Origin: a plasmid
Sequence record: NZ_CP020440.2
DNA: 64,000 nucleotides
Direction: 5' to 3' (one strand)
The notes under the pieces were generated by a model. That model worked only from the letters and a program-made list of their open reading frames with translations. It was not told the DNA's origin and did no database searches. Numbering within the stretch: the stretch's first letter is position 1; every line of letters begins with the position of its first letter. The translations under genes and the position numbers were made by a program. Below, one piece after another: positions 63,261-64,000 of this stretch.

Positions 63261-64000
63261 GTGCCCGCCTGATCGGCAAAGGCGCGCGCCTCGTCCGGCG
63301 CGGTGCCAAGGCCGCCAGCGGCGGTCAGGTCGAGGGCGGGAAAGTCGCGCGCGACCAGCACGGGGAGCGCTGCGCCCGTGGCCCCGGCTTCCTTGCACAG
63401 CGCCTTGATGCGGGACTGCGCCTCGGGGCGCGGCATGTGGCGGGCCAGGGCAAAGGTGAAGGCCTCGGCGTGGATCAGCCCGCTGCCGTCGTCGAGGTTC
63501 GCGGCCATCGCCTGCGCATCGGGGCTGATCGCGCCCGCCAGGTCCTGCGCCAGCGCGATCCCGCGCCCGGCCGAGATGCACAGCTGCGGCAGGGTCAGCC
63601 ATTCGACGAACCAGGCCGCGCCGTCGCGCTGCTGGCGGTGCAGCCCCGCACCCTGGATGGCCCCCGCCAGCGCCACCGCCTGCCGCGCCAGCGCGACCAG
63701 CACCGAGGGGCCGACGGGGTTCTGCTTTTGCGGCATGGTGGATGAACCGCCCGCCCCTTCCAGCCGGATCTCGTTGATGCCGGTCTGCGTCATCAGGATC
63801 AGGTCCTCGCCCATCTTGCCCAGGCTGGTGGCCAGTCCCGCCATCCAGGCGGCAAAGACGCCCACGCGGTCGCGTTCGGCGTGCCAGCTGTGACCCGGAT
63901 CGGCCAGGTCCAGCGCTTGAGCCAGGCCCGCGCGGACCTCGGGCCCCTGCGGACCCATCGCCGACAGCGTGCCCGCCGCGCCCCCCAGCGAAACGGTCGC
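63257..64000 (-). CDS. Lyase class I (fumarase/aspartase family) enzyme, C-terminal part; likely 3-carboxy-cis,cis-muconate cycloisomerase or argininosuccinate/adenylosuccinate lyase-like; 5' end beyond window
   Basis: Contains the family signature GSSTMPQKQNPV. The ORF continues upstream past position 64000. Confidence 0.7.
   Translation of the reverse strand, partial: ATVSLGGAAGTLSAMGPQGPEVRAGLAQALDLADPGHSWHAERDRVGVFAAWMAGLATSLGKMGEDLILMTQTGINEIRLEGAGGSSTMPQKQNPVGPSVLVALARQAVALAGAIQGAGLHRQQRDGAAWFVEWLTLPQLCISAGRGIALAQDLAGAISPDAQAMAANLDDGSGLIHAEAFTFALARHMPRPEAQSRIKALCKEAGATGAALPVLVARDFPALDLTAAGGLGTAPDEARAFADQAGT

Overview
High-GC (~65-70%) alphaproteobacterial chromosome segment, Rhodobacteraceae-like (Paracoccus/Rhodobacter style). 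Almost all of it is densely packed core metabolism, read here by eye from the six-frame track; no similarity searches were run. Left to right: (1) nikR plus a near-consensus NikR operator and nikABCDE nickel ABC transporter, next to a urease cluster split into divergent ureE-ureG-ureF (-) and ureD-ureA-ureB-ureC (+). (2) A ~5 kb lower-GC accessory/decay island: an orphan sulfotransferase-family gene, a 3' gene remnant, an IS256-family element whose transposase is frameshifted and itself interrupted by a nested IS110-family element, then a 3' half of an aldehyde dehydrogenase abutting a frameshifted GntR/FCD regulator fragment. (3) A secreted PRC-barrel protein. (4) A complete aerobic (oxygen-dependent) cobalamin pathway cluster, cobF-B-M-E-L (-), cobK (+), cobJ-I-H-G-N-W-DUF1636 (-), cobO (+), with a cobalamin riboswitch ahead of the DUF1636/cobW operon. 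(5) A second cobalamin riboswitch driving btuF-btuC-btuD with a pseudoazurin (cupredoxin) gene translationally coupled at the 3' end. (6) A Rhizobium-type glycerol locus: glpR, glpD, two ABC ATPases, two permeases, a DUF2160 membrane protein, SBP and glpK. (7) An ECF sigma / anti-sigma / Bax-inhibitor-1 family / DUF2076 four-gene operon. (8) A HAAT-family (Liv-like) ABC transporter co-operonic with a GMC oxidoreductase. (9) ilvD and a divergent LysR regulator. (10) An ssuD-[FAD oxidoreductase]-ssuE-ssuA-ssuC-ssuB sulfonate locus, a hypothetical membrane protein, and a partial lyase-family gene at the window edge. No rRNA, tRNA or CRISPR arrays were recognised. I do not see a clear-cut novel defence-type system. 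The most unusual things are the pseudoazurin inside a B12-riboswitch transporter operon, the ECF-sigma/BI-1/DUF2076 module, the nested IS within a gene-decay island, and the CATG-overlapping divergent start codons of cobK and cobL.
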